A stretch of DNA of 64,000 nucleotides, taken from a virus. This document shows positions 1 to 9,588 of this stretch, in pieces. The notes under the pieces are model-generated. The model was not told the DNA's origin and did no database searches. It saw only the letters and a program-made list of their open reading frames with translations. Numbering within the stretch: the stretch's first letter is position 1; every line of letters begins with the position of its first letter. The DNA is taken from the IMG/VR virus record IMGVR_UViG_3300045988_051021; one strand, written 5' to 3'. The position numbers and the translations under genes are program-made.

Positions 1-19
1 CTATAAAAGTTATTCACGT

Positions 20-445
20 ATGACAACAACTGATGCGAGTTTGTTAGCATATGTGAAGAGTCTATTCCCTTTCGATACAGATAGAATACAATCTATCTCT
101 AGGGAAGATGGTAAACTATTTGTAGCCACTGACGATGATAAGCGTTATATACTAAAGCTAGTTGAACTACCTCCTATTGTAGCTAGTGTTAATATGGGTG
201 AGCACCAAACCTTATTCTATATTAACCCAGAAACTAAGGAACCAGTGTATAGGAATAAGACTACATATGAAACCGAGAAAGAAGCTATTCATGCTGCTAT
301 GTTTATCAATGTGCAGGATAAGACTATACATAAAAGGCAGGCTTATAAGTGTAGCGTATGTCATAAGTGGCACGTAGGTAGAGGAAAGACTACACTCACA
401 GATGAGGATAAAAGAAAACTTAAAATTAAGCATAACATTCGATGA
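20..445 (+). CDS. hypothetical protein (C-terminal CxxC..H zinc-ribbon-like patch)
   Basis: 141-aa ATG ORF; stop overlaps next start (ATGA at 442); YKCSVCHKWH near C-terminus; no family recognised. Confidence 0.55.
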   Translation: MTTTDASLLAYVKSLFPFDTDRIQSISREDGKLFVATDDDKRYILKLVELPPIVASVNMGEHQTLFYINPETKEPVYRNKTTYETEKEAIHAAMFINVQDKTIHKRQAYKCSVCHKWHVGRGKTTLTDEDKRKLKIKHNIR

Positions 446-660
446 CAACTTACCTACTCCCATGTTATGGGGATGGTCATTGCTGGATTGAGAAGGTGCG
501 TGCAAGGAACTTCTCTGATGCTCAGCAGAAGTTTATTAATGCTTTTACAGAAGATTATGAGGATATTGATATTCCATCCGATTGGGAAGATTTAATCACT
601 ATTCTAAACACTCAAGCAGATATAGTAATTGGAAACATCTATGACATAGAGGAATTCTAA
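442..660 (+). CDS. hypothetical protein
   Basis: 72-aa ORF coupled to upstream gene by ATGA overlap; no motif recognised. Confidence 0.5.
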   Translation: MTTYLLPCYGDGHCWIEKVRARNFSDAQQKFINAFTEDYEDIDIPSDWEDLITILNTQADIVIGNIYDIEEF

Positions 661-681
661 GTCATTAAAAGGAGATTAACA

Positions 682-1194
682 ATGAACATAGGTTTAAGAA
701 TAGGGCTTGATATTGACGATTGTCTTGCAGACTTTTGGGGAGCATATTGTAAGTATTTTGATACAGACAATAACCCTAAAATGTTAAAAGACTATATCAT
801 AACACGTAATGTACAGCAGATTTTAAGTAAAGACAGAGATTTTTGGTTGAACCTTGAAGTTAAGAATAGACCTGACTTCATACCTGAATTGTACTGCACT
901 AAGCGAGTAAACAATAAAGCATGGACTAAGGAATGGCTAAGACGTAATGGGTTCCCTGACAGACCAGTCTATCAAATGACTTATCAGCAGGGTAATAAGG
1001 CTGATATGATTAAAGGTAGGGTGGATATTTTTATTGATGATTCACTGTCCAATGTGCTAAAGTGTCAGAGTTCTGGATTACCAGCACTATTGTTCCACAC
1101 AGAGAAGACAGTAGACTTTCCTATGTTCAAAGTATTCTCACTAAATAAGGATGAGATAATTGACTCATATCTGTTTATGAAGAAGTATGCATAG
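682..1194 (+). CDS. HAD-superfamily 5'(3')-deoxyribonucleotidase-like protein (NT5C-like)
   Basis: N-terminal IGLDIDDCLADF (DxDxx HAD motif I as in NT5C family), later KEWLRRNGF and DIFIDDSLSN (motif IV-like). Confidence 0.65.
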   Translation: MNIGLRIGLDIDDCLADFWGAYCKYFDTDNNPKMLKDYIITRNVQQILSKDRDFWLNLEVKNRPDFIPELYCTKRVNNKAWTKEWLRRNGFPDRPVYQMTYQQGNKADMIKGRVDIFIDDSLSNVLKCQSSGLPALLFHTEKTVDFPMFKVFSLNKDEIIDSYLFMKKYA

Positions 1195-2206
1195 AAATGT
1201 TAAACTGATTCCACTCTTTGACACTATACAACTCATTGAGATGAGTGACGAAGAATACTTTAGTGAAAAGTGGGCAGGATATATAAGCAACTCAACGCTT
1301 GCATTAATTAATCCAGCTCAAGACGGAAGTCCACAGATTTATAAGGAAGGACTAAGTAAACACCCTAAGTATTTTGACTCTCTTGTGTTTGGCTCAGCAG
1401 TCCATGAATTAGTACTACAGCCAGGAGAATTTAAAGTAGCTGACAATGTTAATAGACCTACCGCTAAGATGGGAGCTATGGCAGATGAACTATACAAGAC
1501 ATTCCTTAGTAATAAGGGTGTTGTATCAGATGATGATATTATAGCTGCATCTAACAAAATCGACTACTATAAAGGCAAAATGGATAGTATTAAGATTGAG
1601 AATGTTAAGGACAAATGCATTAACTATTGGTGGGACAGAAGGGATTGGGAATCTGAGCATAATAACTCAGAGATTGAGCCAATCTATCTAGACCCTAAGT
1701 CAAGAGAGAAGTTACAGCTTTGTTTAGCATCTGTTGAGGCTAATAAAGAGGTACAGGATTTATTACATCCAAAAGGAGTATTCGAGGAGCCTATCTCCAT
1801 GAATGAAGCAGCTCTATTTATGGATGTGAAGGCTGAACATGAGGGTAAGGAGACAATCCTTAAACTTAAAGGTAAGCTAGATAATTTCACCATTGATATT
1901 GAAACTAATGAAGTAGTTCTTAATGACCTTAAGACTACTGGGCATTGGTTGATTGACTTTGGTGATTCATTTAAGAAATACCATTACAATAGACAGATGG
2001 CAATGTATGCGTGGATGCTACGTTCTTACGTACAGAAGCAGTACAATATAAAGCCTTCTAGTCTGATGGCGAATATGCTATTAGTATGCACTGTTCCAGA
2101 TTATAGAGCTGGAGTATTTAGGGTAACTAATGGTGAGATTCGTAAAGGTTTCTTAGAATTTAAAGATTTGCTGCAGAGAGTAGCATACTGCGAACTATAT
2201 GACTGA
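1187..2206 (+). CDS. PD-(D/E)XK (RecB/Cas4-like) nuclease
   Basis: GKLDNFTID...VVLNDLKTTG (D..(D/E)xK, nt ~1880-1939) followed by YNRQMAMYAW (QxxxY), the RecB-family nuclease signature. Confidence 0.6.
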   Translation: MHRNVKLIPLFDTIQLIEMSDEEYFSEKWAGYISNSTLALINPAQDGSPQIYKEGLSKHPKYFDSLVFGSAVHELVLQPGEFKVADNVNRPTAKMGAMADELYKTFLSNKGVVSDDDIIAASNKIDYYKGKMDSIKIENVKDKCINYWWDRRDWESEHNNSEIEPIYLDPKSREKLQLCLASVEANKEVQDLLHPKGVFEEPISMNEAALFMDVKAEHEGKETILKLKGKLDNFTIDIETNEVVLNDLKTTGHWLIDFGDSFKKYHYNRQMAMYAWMLRSYVQKQYNIKPSSLMANMLLVCTVPDYRAGVFRVTNGEIRKGFLEFKDLLQRVAYCELYD

Positions 2207-2567
2207 ATCTTTTCTTATGGAAGCATGGGAACCATCTTACCAAGACCTTGAAAATTATTACAGAGAATATTATAGTTTAGGTAACTTAAATTGTGATATT
2301 GGGAGCAAGTTTGCACTCATATCCCTTATTTGTTTCCTTACTAAGCAAGCAAGGATTAAGAATCCCGATGCAACTTGTTATCTCGTAATAATGAAGATTA
2401 TTGATGGAGAGGAGTCACAACATGACTTAAAATTCATTAGAGGGTTATCTGTTGTCTGTACAGACATGATGAAGCACTGTAATGAGTTCCTAACCTTTGA
2501 TATGAAATCATCTAAGGAAATGGTTAAGAAGATTAAGGAAATTCTACATACTTATTTACCTTTCTAA
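2199..2567 (+). CDS. hypothetical protein
   Basis: 122-aa ORF, overlapping start with upstream gene; no motif recognised. Confidence 0.55.
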   Translation: MTESFLMEAWEPSYQDLENYYREYYSLGNLNCDIGSKFALISLICFLTKQARIKNPDATCYLVIMKIIDGEESQHDLKFIRGLSVVCTDMMKHCNEFLTFDMKSSKEMVKKIKEILHTYLPF

Positions 2568-2818
2568 TGGCTGAAGAAGTAAGAATATCTTGGGGCGATA
2601 AGGTTGCTAAGAGGTATGAATCAAATCAGAGGATTGTTGAGATTTTATCCGAGTTGGTGGAGAAGTTTCCCCAATGGAGGTTCCAACAAATCTTACAGAA
2701 TGTAGATATTGCGTCCAGGAATGGAGAGGATTTGTTCTACGAAGAGAGTTATGACACTCTAACTACAATGACCAATAATGCAACAGTTAGGTCAATTTTA
2801 TCTCATACTGCCAATTAA
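2567..2818 (+). CDS. hypothetical protein
   Basis: 83-aa ORF, TAATG coupling to upstream gene. Confidence 0.55.
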   Translation: MAEEVRISWGDKVAKRYESNQRIVEILSELVEKFPQWRFQQILQNVDIASRNGEDLFYEESYDTLTTMTNNATVRSILSHTAN

Positions 2819-2837
2819 CACTTTTTAAGTCAAACTG

Positions 2838-2871
2838 ATTGTTGGGATAAAAGAAATGTAGTATCTTTGTA
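2838..2871 (+). promoter_or_regulatory. Bacteroides-type promoter, distal copy (aTTG -33 / TATCTTTG -7)
   Basis: TATCTTTG at 2862-2869 matches TAnnTTTG; TTG 20 nt upstream; 14-nt box GTAGTATCTTTGTA (2858-2871) repeated exactly at 2957-2970. Confidence 0.5.
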
Positions 2872-2936
2872 TCACGATTTCCGAAGGAAGTATAGAGATG
2901 ATAATTCAAATTTTAGATTATTTAATACTAAGACTA

Positions 2937-2970
2937 CTTGGTCAATCCGATTTAAAGTAGTATCTTTGTA
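2937..2970 (+). promoter_or_regulatory. Bacteroides-type promoter, proximal copy (cTTG -33 / TATCTTTG -7)
   Basis: TATCTTTG at 2961-2968; CTTG ending 20 nt upstream; second copy of GTAGTATCTTTGTA; 57 nt upstream of the ATG at 3027. Confidence 0.55.
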
Positions 2971-3026
2971 CTATAGAAAGTTACAAGATTAGACGTATGA
3001 AATAATGTTTAAACAATTTTTGAATT

Positions 3027-3560
3027 ATGCAAGCAATGAATTTTAAGAAAGTAGAAGTAAAAGGTTTCACTAAACAAGAAGCTATCGCAGAAGCACCATT
3101 CCAAGTAATCCGTGACGCAACTCAGGCATGGAAGACTGCTGGTAAACCAATCGCTGAGAAAGCGTTGAAAGAGTTCTGTGCAGAGTATCTAGCAAAGCAC
3201 ACTAAGTATGCTGCTGGTATTGGTTGTTCTATCACATTTGAAGCAGGTTCTGCTGATACACGTGAGCGTCCTTATACCGTAAAGGATATTAAGAACGAGA
3301 AGGGTAAGAGAAAGTATAAAACTGGTTACCAAGGTATTAACCCTGCAACTGGTGAAATTCTATTCACTAACTTCGAGACAAAGAACAAAGCTAAGGAAGT
3401 AGCCAAAGAGTTGTACACTAAGAAAGATTACAAAGGCGACATCTTCTGCAAGTACATCAAGGATGTAGTTGAGGGTGAAGTTGGCGCATTTGAAGTTAAG
3501 TACACTCCATCTAAGAGTGCTAAACAAGGAACTTACATCTGCTTTGGAGTTGAAGCCTAA
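3027..3560 (+). CDS. hypothetical, probably very highly expressed protein (Lys-rich, 177 aa)
   Basis: Monocistronic unit: tandem promoters upstream and a strong hairpin-T8 terminator downstream; codon choice differs visibly from neighbours (cgt, ggt, gct, ttc, atc, aag preferred); no family recognised. Confidence 0.8.
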   Translation: MQAMNFKKVEVKGFTKQEAIAEAPFQVIRDATQAWKTAGKPIAEKALKEFCAEYLAKHTKYAAGIGCSITFEAGSADTRERPYTVKDIKNEKGKRKYKTGYQGINPATGEILFTNFETKNKAKEVAKELYTKKDYKGDIFCKYIKDVVEGEVGAFEVKYTPSKSAKQGTYICFGVEA

Positions 3561-3585
3561 TAGACTTCTACAACTTTAAATATCA

Positions 3586-3628
3586 AAGGGATTATCTTAT
3601 GAGAATAAGGTAGTCCCTTATTTTTTTT
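3586..3628 (+). terminator. rho-independent terminator
   Basis: AAGGGATTATCTTA (3586-3599) pairs with TAAGGTAGTCCCTT (3606-3619): 14 bp including 2 G-U; 6-nt loop; followed by A + T8 (3621-3628). Confidence 0.8.
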
Positions 3629-3700
3629 GTAATAGATTGCTAACTATCAAGATGCTGTATTTTAAAGGCGTAACTGCTATCTAATTTTAAACATCTAACG

Positions 3701-5299
3701 ATGAAGGAACAAACTATTATTAAACTTACAAATCACCTTAAAACGGTAATTGCAGATAACATCAGCATGAATGCTTATTCTGAGAAGATAGGTCTACCTA
3801 CCAGCTACTTCTGTATGAAGAGGAAAGCTGTAGAACAAGCTAAAGAAGCTGGAACAATCTCTGATGAGGATTATAATATCATTATGGATTTGTTTAAGCA
3901 AATTGATGCTAGACCTAGACTTAGGGCTACTAAGAAAGAACCCACTCCAGATTTATTCGGAAATGAAGCTGTCTTTAGTGACTCTGAATTAGATTCGGAT
4001 GATACATCTAAGGTTACTATTGAAAGGGATGAAGAAGGCAAAATAGTTAAATATCTGTTCACTATCTATGTAAGAGATAAGCAACCCATATTAGGCTCAT
4101 TCAATAGGGATGAGATGAATATGGTCTATAGGTTGTATTCTAACTATGGTAGTGGCATTACTCAGAGGGAAGTATCCCGATTCTTCCCAGATTATTCTCT
4201 CGCTGACTTTAAGAGAATACTTAGAGCATTTAGCATTACTAAGGCATCAGCTCCCTTTGCTCCTCATGTTATTGAAGAGAATGATAAGGATAAGCTGTTA
4301 GAAATGCAGTTTAGAGAGAAAGAGAATGACTTCCTAAGAAGTTATGAAGCTGAGAAGATTAAACATACAGAGTCTCAGCTTAGAAGATATATGAAAGAGA
4401 ATCAAGACCTCAAAGAACAGCTCCAGGATATGTCTGGAATGTTGGAAGGTATTGATGTGTCAAATCTGCCTAAATTTGTTCCTACTGTAAAAGGTAGAGA
4501 AGATAGAGATTTGATTATTTGGTTATCTGATATGCATATTGGTGCATCTGTGTCTGGATATTCTATCTATGCTAATGATTATGACCAAGAGGAAGTTGAA
4601 GCTAGACTTAGTAAGTTGGTAGACCAGTTAAAGAGAGAATCTTTAATGTTTGGTAACTTCACTAACATAATTGTGTGTAATCTAGGAGATTCCTTAGATG
4701 GATATGATGGTCAAACTACAAGAGGTGGTCATCAACTAGCTCAGAATATGAACAATAAGGAACAGTTAAAGTGCTTTATAGAAGTAATGACTAAGTTTAT
4801 GACTTCTATAGTAGAAGAGCTACCTTGTGGTGGCTTATCGTATTACTGTGTAGGAGAATCTAACCATGATGGAGATTTTGGATATTCTGCTAATATTGCA
4901 CTTCAATATATCTTACAAAGTATGGATATTGAAGCTACAATCTTTGAGAAGTTCATAGGTGAGTTCACGTTAGGAACTACTACCTATATTCTGTGTCATG
5001 GTAAGGATAACAAGGATATGTTCAAGAACTTACCTCTTACATTAGATGTCAAGACAGAGAACTTTATCAATGAGTATATTGACAACAAAGGAATTAAAGG
5101 CAATGTAGTCTTCGTAAAGGGAGATTTACATCAGTCCGCAACCACCTATGGCAGAAGGTTTACTTATAAATCAGTAGGCTCTTTATTTGGTAGTTCAGAA
5201 TGGATTCACAAGAACTTCGGTAACACACCAGCTGCTTGTGATTATTCTATTGTAGATGAGAATGGTAATATGTTGGATGGTAGAATCGTACTACAATGA
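3701..5299 (+). CDS. multidomain protein with C-terminal calcineurin-like metallophosphoesterase (SbcD/Mre11-like) domain
   Basis: LSDMHIG, NLGDSLDG, GESNHDG, CHGKD, GDLHQ in the order of metallophosphoesterase motifs I-V; N-terminal HTH-like region and a coiled-coil middle. Confidence 0.6.
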   Translation: MKEQTIIKLTNHLKTVIADNISMNAYSEKIGLPTSYFCMKRKAVEQAKEAGTISDEDYNIIMDLFKQIDARPRLRATKKEPTPDLFGNEAVFSDSELDSDDTSKVTIERDEEGKIVKYLFTIYVRDKQPILGSFNRDEMNMVYRLYSNYGSGITQREVSRFFPDYSLADFKRILRAFSITKASAPFAPHVIEENDKDKLLEMQFREKENDFLRSYEAEKIKHTESQLRRYMKENQDLKEQLQDMSGMLEGIDVSNLPKFVPTVKGREDRDLIIWLSDMHIGASVSGYSIYANDYDQEEVEARLSKLVDQLKRESLMFGNFTNIIVCNLGDSLDGYDGQTTRGGHQLAQNMNNKEQLKCFIEVMTKFMTSIVEELPCGGLSYYCVGESNHDGDFGYSANIALQYILQSMDIEATIFEKFIGEFTLGTTTYILCHGKDNKDMFKNLPLTLDVKTENFINEYIDNKGIKGNVVFVKGDLHQSATTYGRRFTYKSVGSLFGSSEWIHKNFGNTPAACDYSIVDENGNMLDGRIVLQ

Positions 5300-5877
5300 C
5301 AATAAAAGCAATTATTGAAATGATGGATAAATTGGGATTCTCTAATACAGCTAAGCATAGAGTATCTTATGATTTATTAGAATCTTCCATGTATATCCCA
5401 GTAGATAGGGAGGGAAGTCCGCTGAGTAAAGTGCTAGATATGGTAAACATTGAGGAAATATTGAAAAGCACACCATTGGACAGTTATGAAAGAATTTCCC
5501 CTTCCATATTATCAGGAATTGTAAACAAATTTGCTAAATACCAGTTACTAAACGCTGATAATGTAAAAATAGGTCTTGTTATACACTATAAGGGAGGCAG
5601 AACTTTAGCTTTGTACCTAAATGATTCAATCAAGACTAACTTTGAATATTGGCAAAGTGAGGGTATTAAGATAGCTGAAAAATTGAAGAAACTTACAGGC
5701 AATGTTTGGGAAATCCATGTATATCCTTGTGGAGGGAATTGGTACACTGTTGCCTATCTAGGTGAAACTCTTTTAGGTGTATCTAAATATCCAGCAGAGG
5801 CATTTCCCGATAATATTAGATGTGTGCAATATAAGGAGATTGTTGATTATAATAGTGAGACATACATTCTTGAATAG
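5296..5877 (+). CDS. hypothetical protein
   Basis: 193-aa ORF, ATGA coupling to upstream gene. Confidence 0.6.
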   Translation: MTIKAIIEMMDKLGFSNTAKHRVSYDLLESSMYIPVDREGSPLSKVLDMVNIEEILKSTPLDSYERISPSILSGIVNKFAKYQLLNADNVKIGLVIHYKGGRTLALYLNDSIKTNFEYWQSEGIKIAEKLKKLTGNVWEIHVYPCGGNWYTVAYLGETLLGVSKYPAEAFPDNIRCVQYKEIVDYNSETYILE

Positions 5878-5879
5878 TT

Positions 5880-6518
5880 ATGGAAATATACTGTATAAGA
5901 ATGGAGTTTCCTACTAGGTTGAGCACTGCTATAGTATTTTCGAGAGATATACTCCAACGAGTGCTAGATAAATATGAGGAGGAATGTACTATTTGGGTGG
6001 ACTATATCAAAGTTAATTCAATAGACTCTGTTATATACAATTCTGGGGAATTTGGAGAAATAAAGTTATTTCAAGAAGGCGATAGGTATATACAATGGGA
6101 ACCCTATATTGGGGAAGAAGTTGAGCAGTTTATGGAATATGATGGGGAATTGCTTAATACACCCATCTTGAATCCTAGAAACCCGTCGTTGATAGAGGAT
6201 TTAAAATCTAGTGGGTTTAGAGAAGGAACTGTAGTAATAAAGTCCAGACATATCAAATATGAAGATGGTAATGTTGTAGATATGTCAATTACAACAGATA
6301 GTGTCCTAGACATAAAGGAAGAGCTAATCAAGCTGAAAGAAGATAACATTAGGAGGGCTAAAGAAATGTATGCTAAGACTAAACGTGTTCCAAAAAATGC
6401 AATTCCAGTTACATATAACGGAACTCACTATCGTTCTAAAGCAGAATGTATGGCTTGTGAGGATATCTCATCCTTCCAACTAGAGAGATACCTAAAGAAT
6501 ATTGACACGAAGAAATAA
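5880..6518 (+). CDS. hypothetical protein
   Basis: 212-aa ORF; C-terminal YNGTHYRSKAECMA resembles short NUMOD/IENR-like DNA-binding modules (weak). Confidence 0.55.
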   Translation: MEIYCIRMEFPTRLSTAIVFSRDILQRVLDKYEEECTIWVDYIKVNSIDSVIYNSGEFGEIKLFQEGDRYIQWEPYIGEEVEQFMEYDGELLNTPILNPRNPSLIEDLKSSGFREGTVVIKSRHIKYEDGNVVDMSITTDSVLDIKEELIKLKEDNIRRAKEMYAKTKRVPKNAIPVTYNGTHYRSKAECMACEDISSFQLERYLKNIDTKK

Positions 6519-6519
6519 T

Positions 6520-7299
6520 ATGGAAATAACATTAGACGAATTACTAAGAGGTAAGGCAACTAGAATTAAAGACAGAGATTACTTTCCAACTGAGGCTTAT
6601 ACAGAGCCATTCTTGGAAACTATGTCCAAATTTACTTCTGATTTCAGGGTGCAAGTTAAACTCCCTGACCAAATCACCAGAACTATTACTGGTGAGTATA
6701 ACACAGATGATGTAACCTATAATAGAGTTCTCATTGAGGCAGTATTGCCAGATGAATATGCGTGGGATAACCATGATGAAGTAATTGGCTTCTTATATGG
6801 ACTAGATGTTCGTAAGCCGATATGTAAGATGTATAGAGGTGGTCTTAATAGAGCGTGTACCAATTTATGTGTATTTGACCCTTCGTTCATCAATATACAG
6901 GAATTAGAGCCTGAGAAGGCTATAAACTATAAACCAGTTAAGAATCTGATGGAACAAACATCTGATTTGAAACTATGGTTGAAAACTCTCCACGATACAG
7001 AGTGGGAGAGAACAGTTCCAACTATCGAGTCTAATTTAGGTAAGTGGATGCGTAATGCAATTTCACAATCTTGTGACTTAGGCTATGGTAAAGTGAAGTT
7101 GGGAACTAAAGAAGTCATTGACGCTTATAAATCATTGTTTGTGGACACTAAGTCCAAGTATTATGTTAAGGAAGATGAAGATGTCAATATGTTTAAGGTT
7201 TATAATGCATTTACTGAGCTAATCAGCAATGATGGTGGTAAAGATATCATCAATAAGGCAGAGAAGACCTTATTACTACGTACAATCTTAGACTTTTAA
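6520..7299 (+). CDS. hypothetical protein, DUF932-like (weak)
   Basis: The track start 6502 is TTG; the first ATG is at 6520, one nt after the upstream stop; GGLNRACTNLCVFD resembles the conserved C-x-N core of DUF932 phage/plasmid proteins. Confidence 0.5.
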   Translation: MEITLDELLRGKATRIKDRDYFPTEAYTEPFLETMSKFTSDFRVQVKLPDQITRTITGEYNTDDVTYNRVLIEAVLPDEYAWDNHDEVIGFLYGLDVRKPICKMYRGGLNRACTNLCVFDPSFINIQELEPEKAINYKPVKNLMEQTSDLKLWLKTLHDTEWERTVPTIESNLGKWMRNAISQSCDLGYGKVKLGTKEVIDAYKSLFVDTKSKYYVKEDEDVNMFKVYNAFTELISNDGGKDIINKAEKTLLLRTILDF

Positions 7300-7306
7300 T
7301 TAATTA

Positions 7307-9373
7307 ATGCTAGTAGTAAAACGAAACAAGACAGTACAGCCCTTTGACTGGGGTAAGATTGACTTAGCAATCACTAAAGCATTCCATGCTGTTAATGAAC
7401 CTATTGACATGGATATTCTTAGTGATGTAAAAGATGAATTATACTTTAACAACATTATCTCTGTAGAAGAGATTCAAGACCAAATAGAGAAGGCTCTTAT
7501 GGCTTGTGATTATTATAATGTTGCTAAAGCATTTATCTTATATAGGCAGAAACAAGCTGAACTTAGAACCTTAACAAGCAAGAAACAGTTTATTAAGGAC
7601 TATGCTAAGGCTAGTAATGCCGCAACAGGTAGTAAATATGATTCTAATGCTAATGTTACTGAAAAGAACATTGTAACTCTTAATGGTGAACTCTTCAAGG
7701 GTGATATTATTAAGGTTAATCGTACCATACTTACCGATAAGATTAGAGAAATGTATGGCGAGGATTTAGCTAAGGAGTATATCCAGATGCTAGAATCACA
7801 CGTATTATATAAACATGATGAGACTAGTATTATGCCATATTGTGTGGCTATTACTATGTACCCATTTCTGTTGGAAGGTTTGCAGCCTATTGGAGGTTTG
7901 TCTGCCAAACCTAAGAACTTAGACTCATTCTGTGGAATGTTTGTAAATCTAGTATTTGCAATTAGTTCACAGTTTGCAGGTGCAGTAGCTACTGGTGAGT
8001 TCCTAATGTATTTCGATTACTTTGCTCGTAAAGAGTGGGGTGATGATTACTGGAAACGCCCAGAAGAGATGGTTGATAAGCACAGAAACATTGATAAGAC
8101 GTTAGAGCAGAAGTTCCAGCAGATTGTATATTCAATCAATCAGCCAGCAGCAGCTCGTAACTTCCAATCAGTATTCTGGAATATCAGCTACTTTGATAAG
8201 TATTACTTTGAAGGCTTATTCGGAGAATTTGTATTCCCCGATGGAACTAAGCCAATATGGGATTCATTAAACTGGTTACAGAAGAAATTCATGAGTTGGT
8301 TTAATGATGAGCGTACTAAATGTATCTTAACATTTCCTGTTGAAACTGTAGCTCTATTAACTGATGGTGAGGATATTCGTGATAAGGAATGGGCCGACTT
8401 TACAGCAGAAATGTATAGTAAAGGTCATTCATTCTTCACTTATACTTCCGATAGTGCTGACTCATTATCTTCTTGTTGTAGATTGCGCAATGAAGTTAGT
8501 GATAATCAATTCTCCTATTCATTAGGTGCTGGAGGTATTGCTACTGGTAGTAAGTCAGTAATGACTTTAAACATCAACAGGCTAGTGCAGGATGCAGTTA
8601 ATAAGGGATATGATATGATTGATTATCTACGCTCTCAGGTTCAGAAAGTTCATAAATTCCAAACAGCATATAATGAATTGCTAAAGGATTATCTAAAGGA
8701 TGGTCTACTAACAGTTTATACTGCTGGATTTATTAATCTGAAGAAGCAATACCTAACTGTAGGTGTTAATGGTGTTATTGAAGCTGCCGAGTTCTTAGGA
8801 ATTGAGGTGAGTGACAATGATACCTACAGAGAGTTTATGCAATCCATTCTAAAGACCATCAGTGATGAGAATAGGAAGGCTAAGACCAAAGAACTTATGT
8901 TTAATACTGAGTTCGTTCCTGCTGAGAATCTAGGAGTTAAGCACGCTAACTGGGATAGGAAAGATGGTTACTTTGTACCTAGAGATTGCTATAATAGCTA
9001 TTTCTATGCAGTAGAAGATACATCACTAACTATCTTTGATAAGTTCAAACTTCATGGTAAAGAGTATGTAAAGTATTTGGATGGAGGAAGTGCATTGCAC
9101 ATGAATCTTGAAGAGCATCTTACTAAAGACCAATATAGAAACCTATTAAAGGTTGCAGCTACTAATGGTACTAATTACTTTACCTTTAATATCCCAAATA
9201 CTATCTGTAATGATTGCGGACACATAGATAAGAGATACTTGCATGAGTGTCCTAAGTGTGGAAGCAAGAATATAGACTATGCTACTAGGATTATTGGGTA
9301 TCTAAAGAGAATTAGTAACTTTAGTGAAGCTAGACAGAAAGAAGCTAGTAAACGTTATTACTATAAACAATAA
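7307..9373 (+). CDS. nrdD: anaerobic ribonucleoside-triphosphate reductase, class III
   Basis: N-terminal ATP-cone (VVKRNKTVQPFDWGKI); C-terminal Zn site CNDCGH..CPKCGS; glycyl-radical motif TRIIGYL; length 688 aa. Confidence 0.95.
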   Translation: MLVVKRNKTVQPFDWGKIDLAITKAFHAVNEPIDMDILSDVKDELYFNNIISVEEIQDQIEKALMACDYYNVAKAFILYRQKQAELRTLTSKKQFIKDYAKASNAATGSKYDSNANVTEKNIVTLNGELFKGDIIKVNRTILTDKIREMYGEDLAKEYIQMLESHVLYKHDETSIMPYCVAITMYPFLLEGLQPIGGLSAKPKNLDSFCGMFVNLVFAISSQFAGAVATGEFLMYFDYFARKEWGDDYWKRPEEMVDKHRNIDKTLEQKFQQIVYSINQPAAARNFQSVFWNISYFDKYYFEGLFGEFVFPDGTKPIWDSLNWLQKKFMSWFNDERTKCILTFPVETVALLTDGEDIRDKEWADFTAEMYSKGHSFFTYTSDSADSLSSCCRLRNEVSDNQFSYSLGAGGIATGSKSVMTLNINRLVQDAVNKGYDMIDYLRSQVQKVHKFQTAYNELLKDYLKDGLLTVYTAGFINLKKQYLTVGVNGVIEAAEFLGIEVSDNDTYREFMQSILKTISDENRKAKTKELMFNTEFVPAENLGVKHANWDRKDGYFVPRDCYNSYFYAVEDTSLTIFDKFKLHGKEYVKYLDGGSALHMNLEEHLTKDQYRNLLKVAATNGTNYFTFNIPNTICNDCGHIDKRYLHECPKCGSKNIDYATRIIGYLKRISNFSEARQKEASKRYYYKQ

Positions 9374-9378
9374 GAATC

Positions 9379-9588
9379 ATGGTTCTATTTCAAATCATAT
9401 TTATTGCTATCCTGCTTCTAGAAATAGGGGTAGGACTAGCAGTAAAGTACAACTACAATGGTCTCCAAGATAAGTTAGTATCTATGTTCATACGTATGGA
9501 CATTGAACATTACATTAGGTATCAGTTCCCAGATAAGTGGGTATTGCAGATGGTATTCTTACTAATCTTGTTCTTACTATGCATCTGA
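9379..9588 (+). CDS. small hydrophobic protein (two predicted TM segments)
   Basis: 69-aa ORF filling the nrdD-nrdG gap; hydrophobic N- and C-terminal stretches; its TGA overlaps the ATG at 9588 (TGATG). Confidence 0.4.
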   Translation: MVLFQIIFIAILLLEIGVGLAVKYNYNGLQDKLVSMFIRMDIEHYIRYQFPDKWVLQMVFLLILFLLCI

